Part shown: positions 23,618-33,529 of the stretch, piece after piece | Position numbering within the stretch: position 1 is the stretch's first letter | Layout of the letters: every line of letters begins with the position of its first letter | Program-made: the position numbers and the translations under genes | Notes under the pieces: model-generated | Databases searched by the model: none | What the model was told of the DNA's origin: nothing | The model's input: the letters and a program-made list of their open reading frames with translations, nothing else | Source of the DNA: Escherichia phage vB_vPM_PD06 | Direction: 5' to 3' (one strand) | Length of the DNA: 64,000 bases | Sequence record: NC_052653.1

Positions 23618-26392
23618 ATGGCTAAGAAAGAGTTGAGTTTTACTCCAACAGAAGAGCAAACAGCTATTAAGGAGGCTTTTCCAGATCATCGGTTTTTAAC
23701 TATCCAAGCTAAATCTGGATCAGGAAAAACGTCAACACTTTATTTGCTGGCTAACAGTACAGAAGATCGCATTCTTTACTTAGCTTTCAATAAAAGCATG
23801 GCAGAAGAAGCACGGCGTAAGATGCCACCAAATGTAGAATGCCGTACATTGCATTCCATTTGCTATCAATTCCTGGATCATCGTTTACGTGCAAAACTGT
23901 CCCGACCAGAAGGACAGTATGTTAACGTTGCAGGTACAGGTAGTGAGATAGCAAAGAAATTTAAGATTAATAATCTTATTGATAAACGAGGGAAAACACT
24001 TTTAACTCGTGCTATGATTGGTTTAATGATCAAGCAAACCGTAGGTAAGTTTGAATTTTCGGATGATCCTTTTATCAGCCGTAAACATTTTCCTAGTGTA
24101 CATCTTGCAGATATTAAAAGAAAAGGTATTAACGAACACAAACTAATTACAGAAGTAGTTAAGTATGCAAAACAATTGTGGCGAGAGCGCATTGATCCTA
24201 ACACAGATACTTTGATGACGCATGACACCTATGTAAAATTGTTTGAATTGTCTGGTGCTGATCTTGGTTATGACATTATTTTTGGGGATGAATTCCAGGA
24301 TGTTAACCCTGCATTCTTGTCTATTCTGCGGAATGCTAAATCTGCCAAACAAATTGTGGTAGTTGGTGATGAATTCCAATGTGTATCAGAAAACACGGTA
24401 CTTAATACCGAAAATGGTCAGGTTACAATGAAAGACCTGCAAATCGGTGATAAGGTAGAGTCTTATTCTAACGGTAAAGTTACATTTAGAAAAGTAACAA
24501 ATAAGACTTTATCTACACGTACAAAAGGTAGGAATATTATTACTGCTAAAGGTAAGACTTTAGATATGACACATAACCATCGTATTTGGGCTTCACCTTA
24601 TGTTCTGAAAGATGATCAGATGGTGGTATACCTAATGTGGAGAAAAGATTTAGGTTTCCGAGTAGGGATCACTAACAAATTCGATGATAAAGAAGGTTTT
24701 TCTAAACTGGGGCAACGTACACGTTCTGAAAAAGCACAGAAGTTGTGGGTGTTGGATATTGTTGAAAACCGTGAAGCTGCTATGGAAAAAGAAATGGCAT
24801 ACAGTTTACAATATGGCATTCCTACTTGTGTATTTGAAGCAAGTTCACGCGGTATTAATCAAGAAAGGATCAACAATATCTTTGAACAATTCGGACAAAA
24901 TGGTTTTAAACTTTTAGAGGATAAAGACTATCATTTTGCTTATCCACATTGGCACAGCATCAATTGTGCAGTAGATGCAAGAAAAATGTTAACAGTGACT
25001 TTGCGAGCACAAGGTTGTAAAGGAACACAAGTTAGCTTTGAGTGGACAGAAAGTGAAATGCCAATCTATGCCTCACTCATTGAAGCAGGTGTAAGCGTAA
25101 GTGTTGCTAAATTGGAAGGTCGTTACCGTGTACGTAAATATTTCAATTCTTATCGTGAAGCATTGAGTTTTGCACAAAAGATCCTTGAAATAGTTCCGTT
25201 TGCATCTTTAAAAGAATGCATGTCCTCTGTGAACACTGCCAAATATAATTTAATTCCGGCAGCGGGTTTGTTTAAAGGCATGTCTGTGTTAGTAAAAGAT
25301 GGTGATACTGTAACGGCAGAAGAGATTGTGGACATTGTAGATAGTGAGGGTATCTATTATGATATTGAAGTAGAAGATACTGCTAACTTTTTTGGCAATG
25401 AAATTCTTAGCCACAACTGCATTTATCAATTTAGAGGTAGCTCTAATATGATGATTGAAACAGCTAAGTATGGGGCAGAGCTTCCATTAACTGCTTGCTT
25501 CCGTTTTGGCCCCAAAGTGGCAAACATTGCAAATATGATTTTAAGTGATAAAGAACCTTTGCGTCATCCTTTGGTTGGTAAAGGCTTTGATACTGTAGTA
25601 GGTAGCTACAAATCAGATGTTGTAGACTATACAAAACCTTACACTATCATCTTTCGCAAGAATTTAACCTTGCTTATGGAGGCAATGGATCGTATTGCAG
25701 ATGGGGAAGAAATTATTATTAACGTAGATACCAGGGATTTTATCTCTATGGTGGATAGTGTTAATGCCCTTCGGAGAGGAGATATTGAGAAAGTAAAACA
25801 TGAAACTGTATTACCTTACGCAGACTGGAATGAATTTGTTGAATGTGCAGAGGCTGATCCAGATGCTAAACGCTTGTTAAACATTGTAGTTTCTGGTAAG
25901 GCAAATACTATAGCACATACACTTAGAACGCATAGAAATTCTCCTACAGCAAAAGTCACACTGACTACAGCACATAAGTCTAAAGGTTTGGAGTGGGATC
26001 AGGTTATTGTTGCTAATGATTTTCCTTCCAACTATGATAAAAAGACTGGTGAATGGGTAGGACTAGAAGAGGCAGAGCGAAACCTACTGTATGTAGCGCA
26101 CACCCGTTGTGTTAAATGCTTACAATGGAATACAACCGTACAGGAGATTATAGATATCAACCGTGTTGCAACAGAGAAAGTACCCACAAGCCCTACTTTA
26201 CCGATCAATGGTATTAAACTTGGTGTATTTGGCGCTGGCACATCTCGAAAAACTGTAGAAAAATTTGTTGCAGATTCTTTTGATGGTAACTATAATCATG
26301 CACAAGCATATGAGAGTTGGCTAGAGGAAGGTGAAGGTGATTTCTTAGGTGAAATAAATCTTTTACCAGACATAAATAAACTGGTAAACTAA
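23618..26392 (+). CDS. SF1 UvrD/Rep-like DNA helicase, intein-containing precursor
   Basis: Walker A AKSGSGKT; DEFQD; motif III split (VVGDEFQ / CIYQFRGSS); motif V TTAHKSKGLEWD; motif VI LLYVAHTRC. Confidence 0.8.
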   Translation: MAKKELSFTPTEEQTAIKEAFPDHRFLTIQAKSGSGKTSTLYLLANSTEDRILYLAFNKSMAEEARRKMPPNVECRTLHSICYQFLDHRLRAKLSRPEGQYVNVAGTGSEIAKKFKINNLIDKRGKTLLTRAMIGLMIKQTVGKFEFSDDPFISRKHFPSVHLADIKRKGINEHKLITEVVKYAKQLWRERIDPNTDTLMTHDTYVKLFELSGADLGYDIIFGDEFQDVNPAFLSILRNAKSAKQIVVVGDEFQCVSENTVLNTENGQVTMKDLQIGDKVESYSNGKVTFRKVTNKTLSTRTKGRNIITAKGKTLDMTHNHRIWASPYVLKDDQMVVYLMWRKDLGFRVGITNKFDDKEGFSKLGQRTRSEKAQKLWVLDIVENREAAMEKEMAYSLQYGIPTCVFEASSRGINQERINNIFEQFGQNGFKLLEDKDYHFAYPHWHSINCAVDARKMLTVTLRAQGCKGTQVSFEWTESEMPIYASLIEAGVSVSVAKLEGRYRVRKYFNSYREALSFAQKILEIVPFASLKECMSSVNTAKYNLIPAAGLFKGMSVLVKDGDTVTAEEIVDIVDSEGIYYDIEVEDTANFFGNEILSHNCIYQFRGSSNMMIETAKYGAELPLTACFRFGPKVANIANMILSDKEPLRHPLVGKGFDTVVGSYKSDVVDYTKPYTIIFRKNLTLLMEAMDRIADGEEIIINVDTRDFISMVDSVNALRRGDIEKVKHETVLPYADWNEFVECAEADPDAKRLLNIVVSGKANTIAHTLRTHRNSPTAKVTLTTAHKSKGLEWDQVIVANDFPSNYDKKTGEWVGLEEAERNLLYVAHTRCVKCLQWNTTVQEIIDINRVATEKVPTSPTLPINGIKLGVFGAGTSRKTVEKFVADSFDGNYNHAQAYESWLEEGEGDFLGEINLLPDINKLVN
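24380..25417 (+). mobile_element. Intein (346 aa) in helicase motif III
   Basis: Starts Cys after DEFQ with N-terminal splicing blocks (CVSENTVLNTENG..., TxxH in DMTHNH); ends SHN followed by Cys of CIYQFRGSS. Confidence 0.7.
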
Positions 26393-26402
26393 GGGGGTTA
26401 AA

Positions 26403-26654
26403 GTGGCAGGGTATCATTTGAAGGAGATTAGCAAAGAGGAATATGGTTCTGTTGCTAAGATTCAAGAAGAGCTTTATGAACTTCAAGATGCTATTGATCA
26501 AGATTGCAAGCTGATGCAACTTATTGAGTTATCAGATATTGTAGGCGCTGTTGAAGGTGTTCTTGAACAGCATTTTCCTGAGATGACGCTTCAAGATTTG
26601 ATCACTATGTCAAACATTACTAAACGTGCATTCCGCAGCGGAGGTCGATCATGA
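26403..26654 (+). CDS. MazG-like NTP pyrophosphohydrolase (small)
   Basis: GTG start after AAGGGGG; helical EExxE/D pattern. Confidence 0.45.
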   Translation: MAGYHLKEISKEEYGSVAKIQEELYELQDAIDQDCKLMQLIELSDIVGAVEGVLEQHFPEMTLQDLITMSNITKRAFRSGGRS

Positions 26655-27223
26655 ATGTTGCAGTAATAGCTCAAGCTATTGATTACTATGGTCGGTTTGC
26701 ACAAATGTTGGAAGTTCCATATCTCGTGGATGCTGATATACTGGCGTACACACTACCAGAAAATAAAGAGGATCGCCCGTTAGGGCATCCTAACGGTAAA
26801 TACTATGTAGCTAGTGCAGAACAATCTTTCCTGCAAATGGAGAAGGATGGTTTTGAATTTGCAGCAGGTAATCCATATATGGCACTAACGCCATGTTACC
26901 GTACAGAAGAAAATTTAGATGATACCCATTTTAATATTTTCTTGAAATTGGAGTTGATTGAGTTCTACCCTGATGCTACAATTGAAGAGTATGCTAACGC
27001 TATGCGTTGTTTCTTCTCTACTTATTATGGAGTTAAAACATATTTAGTACCCACTAATATTGGGGTTGACGTAGAGGATGAATATGGTTTAGAATTAGGT
27101 TCATTCGGTATGAGGGAGTCTCCAAAAGGTCATCCTTATATCTATGCAACAGGTATTGCAGAGCCTAGGGCTTCACTGGCAATAAACCGTGTTGTAAATA
27201 ACATTCAAAGCATTAGCAAATAA
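26651..27223 (+). CDS. Hypothetical protein (190 aa)
   Basis: Six-frame ORF. Confidence 0.6.
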   Translation: MNVAVIAQAIDYYGRFAQMLEVPYLVDADILAYTLPENKEDRPLGHPNGKYYVASAEQSFLQMEKDGFEFAAGNPYMALTPCYRTEENLDDTHFNIFLKLELIEFYPDATIEEYANAMRCFFSTYYGVKTYLVPTNIGVDVEDEYGLELGSFGMRESPKGHPYIYATGIAEPRASLAINRVVNNIQSISK

Positions 27224-27235
27224 GAGGAGAATAGA

Positions 27236-27670
27236 ATGTCTATTGTGACACAAATGAAAGCAGATCGTATCTTAGCACGCACAACCGATAAAGGTGCTTT
27301 TGCTTTGTTAACTAATATTATTGGTGAGTTTGACCTTGCTCGTACTCAAAAGGCAAATCTAAACAAATCAGAAGACGATATTATGATTAACATTGTTAAG
27401 ATTGGTATTGCACACGCTAAAGAGGAACTAGACTCGCTTAAGAAAGTTAATGCCTCCATTAGCAAATGTGAGCGAGCTATGCGTGATATCACCACTCTGG
27501 AAAAATATTTACCAGAAATGCTATCTGAAGATGATCTTCGCGCTATTGCTGAAGAATTTGCCTTGACAGGCAAGAAAATGCCAGATATGATGAAACACCT
27601 TAAAGCAGAGTATCCGAATCAATATGATGGAAAACTTGCTTCTACCATTGCAAAAGAAATTTTAAACTAA
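27236..27670 (+). CDS. GatB/YqeY-domain protein
   Basis: LEKYLPEMLSEDDLRAIAEE...DGKLASTIAKEIL resembles YqeY. Confidence 0.5.
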   Translation: MSIVTQMKADRILARTTDKGAFALLTNIIGEFDLARTQKANLNKSEDDIMINIVKIGIAHAKEELDSLKKVNASISKCERAMRDITTLEKYLPEMLSEDDLRAIAEEFALTGKKMPDMMKHLKAEYPNQYDGKLASTIAKEILN

Positions 27671-27687
27671 TTTAGAAGGAGAACATA

Positions 27688-28638
27688 ATGATTGCATTTT
27701 ACGCTAATAAACTGGAAGTTAAAAAAGCAGCAGAAGAGATGGGTATCCTGCATATTCTTAACGAAGCAATTCACAAGAGTTTTGGCTACACAACTGAAGC
27801 AGAAATCAATGATCTGATTCACAGTGTTAATGATTTGTTCTTCTACCCTAACTTTCTACAGCAGTTAGATGGTTGTGGATTTGAATATATGGAACTTCAT
27901 CCTGAATATACATTTATGGAAGTAACACCTGAAAATTTTCTGGAGATTATTCGTACTGAATATCTTGCTAAAGAGGATAAAGAAAAAGATATGGCTGAAA
28001 AAGTACAACTGACTGTGCATAATACGTGTTTCGTGGATACTGATGCCACGGAAGAAGATATTAGTTATCTGCTTTCCGTTTGTAATCCTCGTTGTCCACA
28101 ACCACATTGGAAAAATGCAGATCATTATCTAATGTATTCAAATGAAGAAAACATTACTTTCTTCGATGAAAACAGTGGTATTAATGGTGCACATAAGAAT
28201 TCTCCATATCGGAAAGATCGGTTTGTAGTTGATGTAAAAACATTTACTAAACTGTTTGAGGAGTATTATTCAAAAGATGAAAGTAAAACTGAATCTTCAC
28301 CAAAACCACGTTTTCGCCGACCGCGTAAACCTGTACCTACTCGTTCTGTAAGTTATGTTCGTATCATTTACACTACACAGCAGGTATATACTCTTAAGAA
28401 CGTAAGTGTTCTTACTGTACAAGAAGATGCAATTAATATTGTGCGCAATAATGTTATTACAGAGGGTATTGAGGAAAAGATTATGTCTGTTATCGATCCT
28501 AAACTTGTTATGGCAATCATTATTAATGAACCAAAAGGTGTAACAACATTGTTCCGAAATATTCATGGTACTTGGGAAACTCAAGTTGACGGTTTGACTT
28601 CTGATGGTTGTACACGTATTACCAAAAACCTTGACTAA
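27688..28638 (+). CDS. Hypothetical protein (316 aa)
   Basis: GAAGGAG RBS. Confidence 0.65.
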   Translation: MIAFYANKLEVKKAAEEMGILHILNEAIHKSFGYTTEAEINDLIHSVNDLFFYPNFLQQLDGCGFEYMELHPEYTFMEVTPENFLEIIRTEYLAKEDKEKDMAEKVQLTVHNTCFVDTDATEEDISYLLSVCNPRCPQPHWKNADHYLMYSNEENITFFDENSGINGAHKNSPYRKDRFVVDVKTFTKLFEEYYSKDESKTESSPKPRFRRPRKPVPTRSVSYVRIIYTTQQVYTLKNVSVLTVQEDAINIVRNNVITEGIEEKIMSVIDPKLVMAIIINEPKGVTTLFRNIHGTWETQVDGLTSDGCTRITKNLD

Positions 28639-28686
28639 GATCAAGGACAATCTTACGAAAAAGATTTAAAATAAAGATCCACCCTA

Positions 28687-28716
28687 AAGCCAGCTTAATG
28701 CTGGCTTTTATTTTCC
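28687..28716 (+). terminator. Intrinsic terminator
   Basis: AAGCCAGC-TTAAT-GCTGGCTT then TTATTTTCC. Confidence 0.55.
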
Positions 28717-28727
28717 ACGGAGGATTA

Positions 28728-29585
28728 ATGACCCAAAAACTATATGAGGATGTAATCGGATTCCTCGAACAAACATCCGAAGAATTTACTCGTGAAAATG
28801 CAAACAAACCTGCAATGATTGTTAATACTCACCGAGACTTACTAGCAGGTATCCTAAGCAAGCACATGGCAATGACCCATATTTTACCGGAAGATCTGGC
28901 AGAATGGCATAAAAGCGGGTATGGTCACATTCACGATTTAGATTATTTACTCTCACCTCTAACTAACTGTTGCCTGGTAAATTACCAAGATATGCTTGAG
29001 AACGGTTTCCGTATTGGTAATGCACATATTGAAAAACCAAAATCTATCGGTGTAGCAACTACTGTCCTAACTCAAATTATTCAAGCAGTGGCTTCTAGCC
29101 AATATGGTGGACAAACTTGTGCACATATTGATACTGGGCTTAGTCAATACGTTAAAGCAAGTTTTAATAAAATCTATGCTGATGTTGGTGATTATGATAT
29201 TGCTATGCGTATGGTAGATAAACAGGTGTACGATGCAATGCAAACTTTAATCTACCAGGTGAACACCCTAATGAGTGTAAATGGTCAGTCACCTTTTATA
29301 ACAATTAGTTTAGGTTTGGATACCTCTGCTTTTGGTAGAATGATCACTAAAAACTACCTAATGGTGCACAAACAAGGTTTAGGGAAAGATAGGGTAACTC
29401 CTGTATTTCCTAAAGTTATCTTCTTCTTGGAAGATGGTGTTAACATGAAAGCTGGCGATCCAAACTATGATTTGAAGCAACTGGCAATGGAGTGTTGTGC
29501 TGAACGCATTTATCCTGATTTTATCTCTGTACCTTTAAACAAAGAAGTTACAGGATCTTCAGATGGTCGCGTCACAAGCATGGGT
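28728..29585 (+). CDS. nrdD: Anaerobic ribonucleoside-triphosphate reductase, exon 1
   Basis: ATG at 28728 after GGAGGA RBS; class III RNR N-terminal half; exon ends ...VTSMG at U29585. Confidence 0.8.
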
Positions 29586-29875
29586 AAACTATAACTGCTC
29601 ATGTAAAATCTGCCTAAACGGGGGAACTCTCAACGAGACAATCCCGTGCTAAACGTAACAGAACTCCCAACACAGAAGAAGGGTTATGATTATGAGTTCT
29701 GTTACGAAATGCCTAACGACTAGCTGTGATGAATGTAGCAGCGTAGGGTGTAAGCCTATGACACCCCAAATGGTAGACATGCTTTAAGCATGAAGATATA
29801 GTCTGATCTGCATGGTGACATGCAGCAGCACGTAATGGTGCGAGAGTGGCCTTGCGAACCACTTTGAACATAATG
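29586..29875 (+). mobile_element. Group I self-splicing intron (290 nt, no ORF) in nrdD
   Basis: P1 exon CAUGGGU pairs with internal guide GCUCAUG (29597-29603) with U-G at splice site; P7 GACUA (29718-29722) / UAGUC (29799-29803); S-like AAGATATAGTC; P9 hairpin CTGCATG-GTGA-CATGCAG (29808-29825); terminal G at 29875. Confidence 0.75.
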
Positions 29876-30817
29876 TGTAGAAGTTTCTTGTCATACTATG
29901 CAACAGAGCAAGGTGAAAAATATGATGGTCGTTTCAACTTAGGCGTAGTTTCTTTAAACTTACCTATCATTGCAGCGGAGTCCCGTGAAAAGGGCATCTT
30001 ATTTACTGAACTGTTGGAACAACATATGGAGATGGCGTATAAGGCACATATGCTACGTGTTAACCGTATTAGACATACCAAAGCATCTCAAAACCCTACA
30101 TTGTTTATGGAAGGGGCTTTAGCTCGACTAGAAGCTAATGAAGAGATTGGTAAACTATTTGAAGGTGGTTATGCCTCTATTAGTATCGGTTATGTAGGTT
30201 TAGCAGAAGCTATGGAGATTTTATACCCAAATAACACCAATCCAAAAGCAATGGGTAAAAACATCCTTCAATATATGAAGGATATCTGTTGCACATTTAA
30301 AGAACGTTCTGGTTTAGCTTTTAGTTTGTATGGAACACCAGCAGAATCCTTGTGCTATAAATTTGCCAAAGCGTTAAATGATCGCTACCCTGGTTCTATT
30401 GATCGTGACTACTTGACAAACTCTTTCCATCAACCTGTATGGATGCACACTACCCCGTTCCAAAAATGGGATTATGAGGAAGGTTTTGCACAAATTAGTA
30501 ATGGTGGGAACATAGGTTATGTAGAAACACCGAACCTTAAAAATAACTTGCAAGCACTGGAAACTCTTGTAGATTATGCCTACAATAAAATTCCTTATTT
30601 TGGCGTGAACCAACCTGTAGATCAGTGTTTCAAATGTGGTTTTCATGGTGAATTTAAAGCAACGGCTAAAGGCTTCGAGTGTCCAAGTTGCGGTAATCAT
30701 GAAGAAGAATCCATATCTGTGATCAGAAGAGTGTCAGGATACCTTTCTGCCCCTAACTCTCGCCCTTATAACAAAGGTAAAATGCAAGAGGTACTAGAAA
30801 GGGAGAAACATTTTTGA
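29876..30817 (+). CDS. nrdD: Anaerobic ribonucleoside-triphosphate reductase, exon 2
   Basis: Frame resumes at CRSFLS...DGRFNLGVVSLNLP; C-terminal CxxC zinc site (CFKCGF...CPSCG). Confidence 0.8.
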   Translation, partial: CRSFLSYYATEQGEKYDGRFNLGVVSLNLPIIAAESREKGILFTELLEQHMEMAYKAHMLRVNRIRHTKASQNPTLFMEGALARLEANEEIGKLFEGGYASISIGYVGLAEAMEILYPNNTNPKAMGKNILQYMKDICCTFKERSGLAFSLYGTPAESLCYKFAKALNDRYPGSIDRDYLTNSFHQPVWMHTTPFQKWDYEEGFAQISNGGNIGYVETPNLKNNLQALETLVDYAYNKIPYFGVNQPVDQCFKCGFHGEFKATAKGFECPSCGNHEEESISVIRRVSGYLSAPNSRPYNKGKMQEVLEREKHF

Positions 30818-31284
30818 ATTACGCCGGATATGAACCTGTTGACATGCTCAACGGTGACGGTGTAAGATGCTCTTTGTGGGTGAGCGGTTGTAGCCACGGT
30901 TGCCGTGGCTGCTTTAACCAGAAAGCCTGGTCGTATAATTACGGACAAGAGTTCACTGCTGAAACATTAGATCTTATCTTGGAAGATTTATCTCGACCTT
31001 TCATTAAAGGATTAACAGTTTTAGGTGGTGAACCTCTTGACAAAGAGAACATTGACACTGTAGAGTATGTTCTTGAGAAGGTAAGAGATTGTTTTGGAAA
31101 CAAAAAAGATATTGTCTTATATACAGGATATCTTTTTGAAGAAATTCCAGAGAAAATTAAAAAACTGGTTGACATAGTGATAGATGGTAAGTATGATATG
31201 AATCAACCAACAACGAAACGTTATAGAGGTTCAGATAATCAACGAATGTGGGTTAAGAAAGACAACATTTGGGAATCTGACTAA
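30814..31284 (+). CDS. nrdG: Anaerobic RNR activating protein (radical SAM)
   Basis: NYAGYEPVDMLNGDGVRCSLWVSGCSHGCRGCFNQKAW; TTG start overlapping nrdD stop. Confidence 0.8.
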   Translation: MNYAGYEPVDMLNGDGVRCSLWVSGCSHGCRGCFNQKAWSYNYGQEFTAETLDLILEDLSRPFIKGLTVLGGEPLDKENIDTVEYVLEKVRDCFGNKKDIVLYTGYLFEEIPEKIKKLVDIVIDGKYDMNQPTTKRYRGSDNQRMWVKKDNIWESD

Positions 31285-31304
31285 ATTAAATAGAGGAGAA
31301 AACT

Positions 31305-32465
31305 ATGTTTACAGTATTCGGCAATCAAATCTTCCTGCGTCAGAAGTCTGGTACAGATATTGAAGAAATTCCAGCAGGAACTTTTGGTGTAGGTGTTACT
31401 CAAAGTGGCGAGTTCTTCTTGTATCCTAAAAACGATATGGAAGTCCCTTCAGTAACATACGGTGATACTGATGATAAATCAGAACGTATTATCAAGACGT
31501 TCCTTAGCCGCAAAGGTAAAAACACAGGTGTTCTCCTTGAGGGTACGAAAGGTAGTGGTAAAACTTTGCAAGCTAAAATGTTGTCTTCTGCTCTTCGTGA
31601 AATGGGTATTCCTACTATTTCTATCGGTAGTGCTTTTAATGGTGAAGGCTTTATCAACTTTATGTCTAAAATCACACAACCTGTGATGATTATGATCGAT
31701 GAATTTGATAAACTGTATGCTGAAAAAGATGCACAAGATGGTTTGCTTACCCTGCTGGATGGTGTTGGTGGTTATGACAAGCTGTTTGTATTGACTAAAA
31801 ATGATGGTTATGTATCAGAATTTTTGCGTAATCGTCCTAGCCGTATTTTCTACAGTTTTAGCTATAAGAAACTACCTAAAGCTACTATGGATGATTATCT
31901 GGCTAAAAATCTGGAGAACAAAGCCTTCTTGCCAGATTTTGAAACGCTTTATAATCTTTCTGTGGACTTGAACTTTGATATTGTTCAGTCATTAGTAGAA
32001 GAACTTAACCGTTATCCTAATGACAAATTCTCTGATGCACTTGCATTAATGGGTATCAGTATTACTGAACACGGCTATGCTGCAAAAGAAGTTAAACTTC
32101 TGAAAGTTAACGGTGTAGATCGTACAGCAGATGTTTCGTCAGATACCGATATTGACGGTATGACAGCACAAGGTTTGTTTAGCGGTAATCGTTATGTTGT
32201 AGCTGTAGATCATAAGTCAGGAGAAGAGCATCTTCCTGAAATGGAAGGGATTGTTACCGTAGAAGATAAAGATGAAGAAGGTGACTACTACTGGGGTGTA
32301 GACCGTATCTTGCTAACGTATGATGAAAAACACATTCGTACAATGGGTGGTGACGGTTATCACTTTATGTTCACCGATGATAAAGGTAACAACATTGAAG
32401 TTGTTATTAAAAACAAAGAACGTAAAAACTACACAGAGTATGTGTTTGGTGGTCGTTCTTACTAA
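31305..32465 (+). CDS. AAA-type ATPase, paralog B
   Basis: Walker A GTKGSGKT, Walker B IMIDEFDK, LLTLLDG; paralog of 14892-16019. Confidence 0.7.
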   Translation: MFTVFGNQIFLRQKSGTDIEEIPAGTFGVGVTQSGEFFLYPKNDMEVPSVTYGDTDDKSERIIKTFLSRKGKNTGVLLEGTKGSGKTLQAKMLSSALREMGIPTISIGSAFNGEGFINFMSKITQPVMIMIDEFDKLYAEKDAQDGLLTLLDGVGGYDKLFVLTKNDGYVSEFLRNRPSRIFYSFSYKKLPKATMDDYLAKNLENKAFLPDFETLYNLSVDLNFDIVQSLVEELNRYPNDKFSDALALMGISITEHGYAAKEVKLLKVNGVDRTADVSSDTDIDGMTAQGLFSGNRYVVAVDHKSGEEHLPEMEGIVTVEDKDEEGDYYWGVDRILLTYDEKHIRTMGGDGYHFMFTDDKGNNIEVVIKNKERKNYTEYVFGGRSY

Positions 32466-32471
32466 GTGATA

Positions 32472-32497
32472 AAAGGAGGCGAAAGCCTCCTTTATTT
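32472..32497 (+). terminator. Intrinsic terminator (GNRA loop)
   Basis: GGAGGC-GAAA-GCCTCC then TTTATTT. Confidence 0.6.
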
Positions 32498-32511
32498 ATA
32501 TGGAGGGTATT

Positions 32512-32703
32512 ATGGATCATTATTTTGTTTTTAAAGATAAAGTTGATACAGCAGGTGGTCACGTTGCTAAAAATGATCGTGACATTAAAGAAGTATTAGG
32601 AGATCTGATTAACATTTTAGAACAAAAAGAGTTGCTTTTAGATAAGGATATTGCTAGACTTCTTGGTGTGGGGACAAGTGATATACAAAGATTACCATTC
32701 TAA
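32512..32703 (+). CDS. Hypothetical protein (63 aa)
   Basis: Second in-frame ATG with GGAGGG RBS. Confidence 0.5.
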   Translation: MDHYFVFKDKVDTAGGHVAKNDRDIKEVLGDLINILEQKELLLDKDIARLLGVGTSDIQRLPF

Positions 32704-32714
32704 AGGGGAAGAAA

Positions 32715-32870
32715 ATGCTTACAGATGATGAATATAAAGCTATCCAGGAAAAACTAACGGAGCTTGAAACTCTTGCTGCAAATCTTAAAGATCAATCACA
32801 TGCTGGAAAGTTACTACGTCAAGAGATTAATAAAATTAAGCAGATGATATTCTTTTGGACGGAGGATTAA
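32715..32870 (+). CDS. Small hypothetical protein (51 aa; not in ORF track)
   Basis: ATG after AAAGGGGAAGAAA; MLTDDEYKAIQEKLTELETLAANLKDQ... Confidence 0.4.
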   Translation: MLTDDEYKAIQEKLTELETLAANLKDQSHAGKLLRQEINKIKQMIFFWTED

Positions 32871-32872
32871 AA

Positions 32873-33529
32873 ATGACTGTTAAGCATATTTCTTTTGATG
32901 TATGGAATACTCTTATTACTGCTAATCCTTTGTATGCAGAAGAACGCAACAAGGTTATTGCCGAGTATACCTCTTGTTCTGAGGCAGAAGCAGCTACCGT
33001 ATATAAAGAGGTAAAAACTCTCCTGGATTTAAAAGCAGAAAAAGGCGTTTGTGGAACGTCTAGGAATGCTTGGGAAACACTTTCTACTCGTTTGAACATT
33101 GATCTTGATAAGGTGGATGGATTAAAAAGAGACTGTTTAGCAATGTTTATAAAACATCCTCCAATATTGAACCCTGAGCTTTGCAAGAAGTTGGAAGAGC
33201 TAAGTTCAACCTATTCTTTGAGTATTAAGAGCAATACTAATTTTGTACCAGGTAGTTTCTTAGCTGTATATTCTGGCTTAACAAAATTACCATTTGACTT
33301 TATGCATTTTTCTGATGAGTTTTGCTTGTGTAAACCAGATCCTAGGTTTTTTAAACTCTCTTTTGATGAAATGGTAACGTTTGATCTCGCACCAGAGGAG
33401 ATTTTACACGTTGGAGATAGTTTGATCTATGATGGAAAAGCTGTTGACATAGGGATGAAGTTCTGTCATATTATTAATCCAGAAGATTTGTTGGCTAAAC
33501 TTAAAAAAGAGGAACTTATTAATGCGTAA
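32873..33529 (+). CDS. HAD-superfamily hydrolase (haloacid-dehalogenase-like)
   Basis: Motif I FDVWNTL (DxYxT-type variant); motif IV VGDSLIYDG. Confidence 0.55.
   Translation: MTVKHISFDVWNTLITANPLYAEERNKVIAEYTSCSEAEAATVYKEVKTLLDLKAEKGVCGTSRNAWETLSTRLNIDLDKVDGLKRDCLAMFIKHPPILNPELCKKLEELSSTYSLSIKSNTNFVPGSFLAVYSGLTKLPFDFMHFSDEFCLCKPDPRFFKLSFDEMVTFDLAPEEILHVGDSLIYDGKAVDIGMKFCHIINPEDLLAKLKKEELINA

Noticed and set aside
23618-26392. 937-aa and 1104-aa ORFs as unusually large multidomain helicase/polymerase
   Set aside because: The extra sequence is inserted exactly inside conserved catalytic motifs and carries intein splice-junction residues; intein interpretation preferred.
28728-30817. nrdD as a frameshifted pseudogene
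   Set aside because: Both halves are intact, the junction restores a contiguous NrdD, and the gap has group I intron structure (P1, P7, P9, terminal G).
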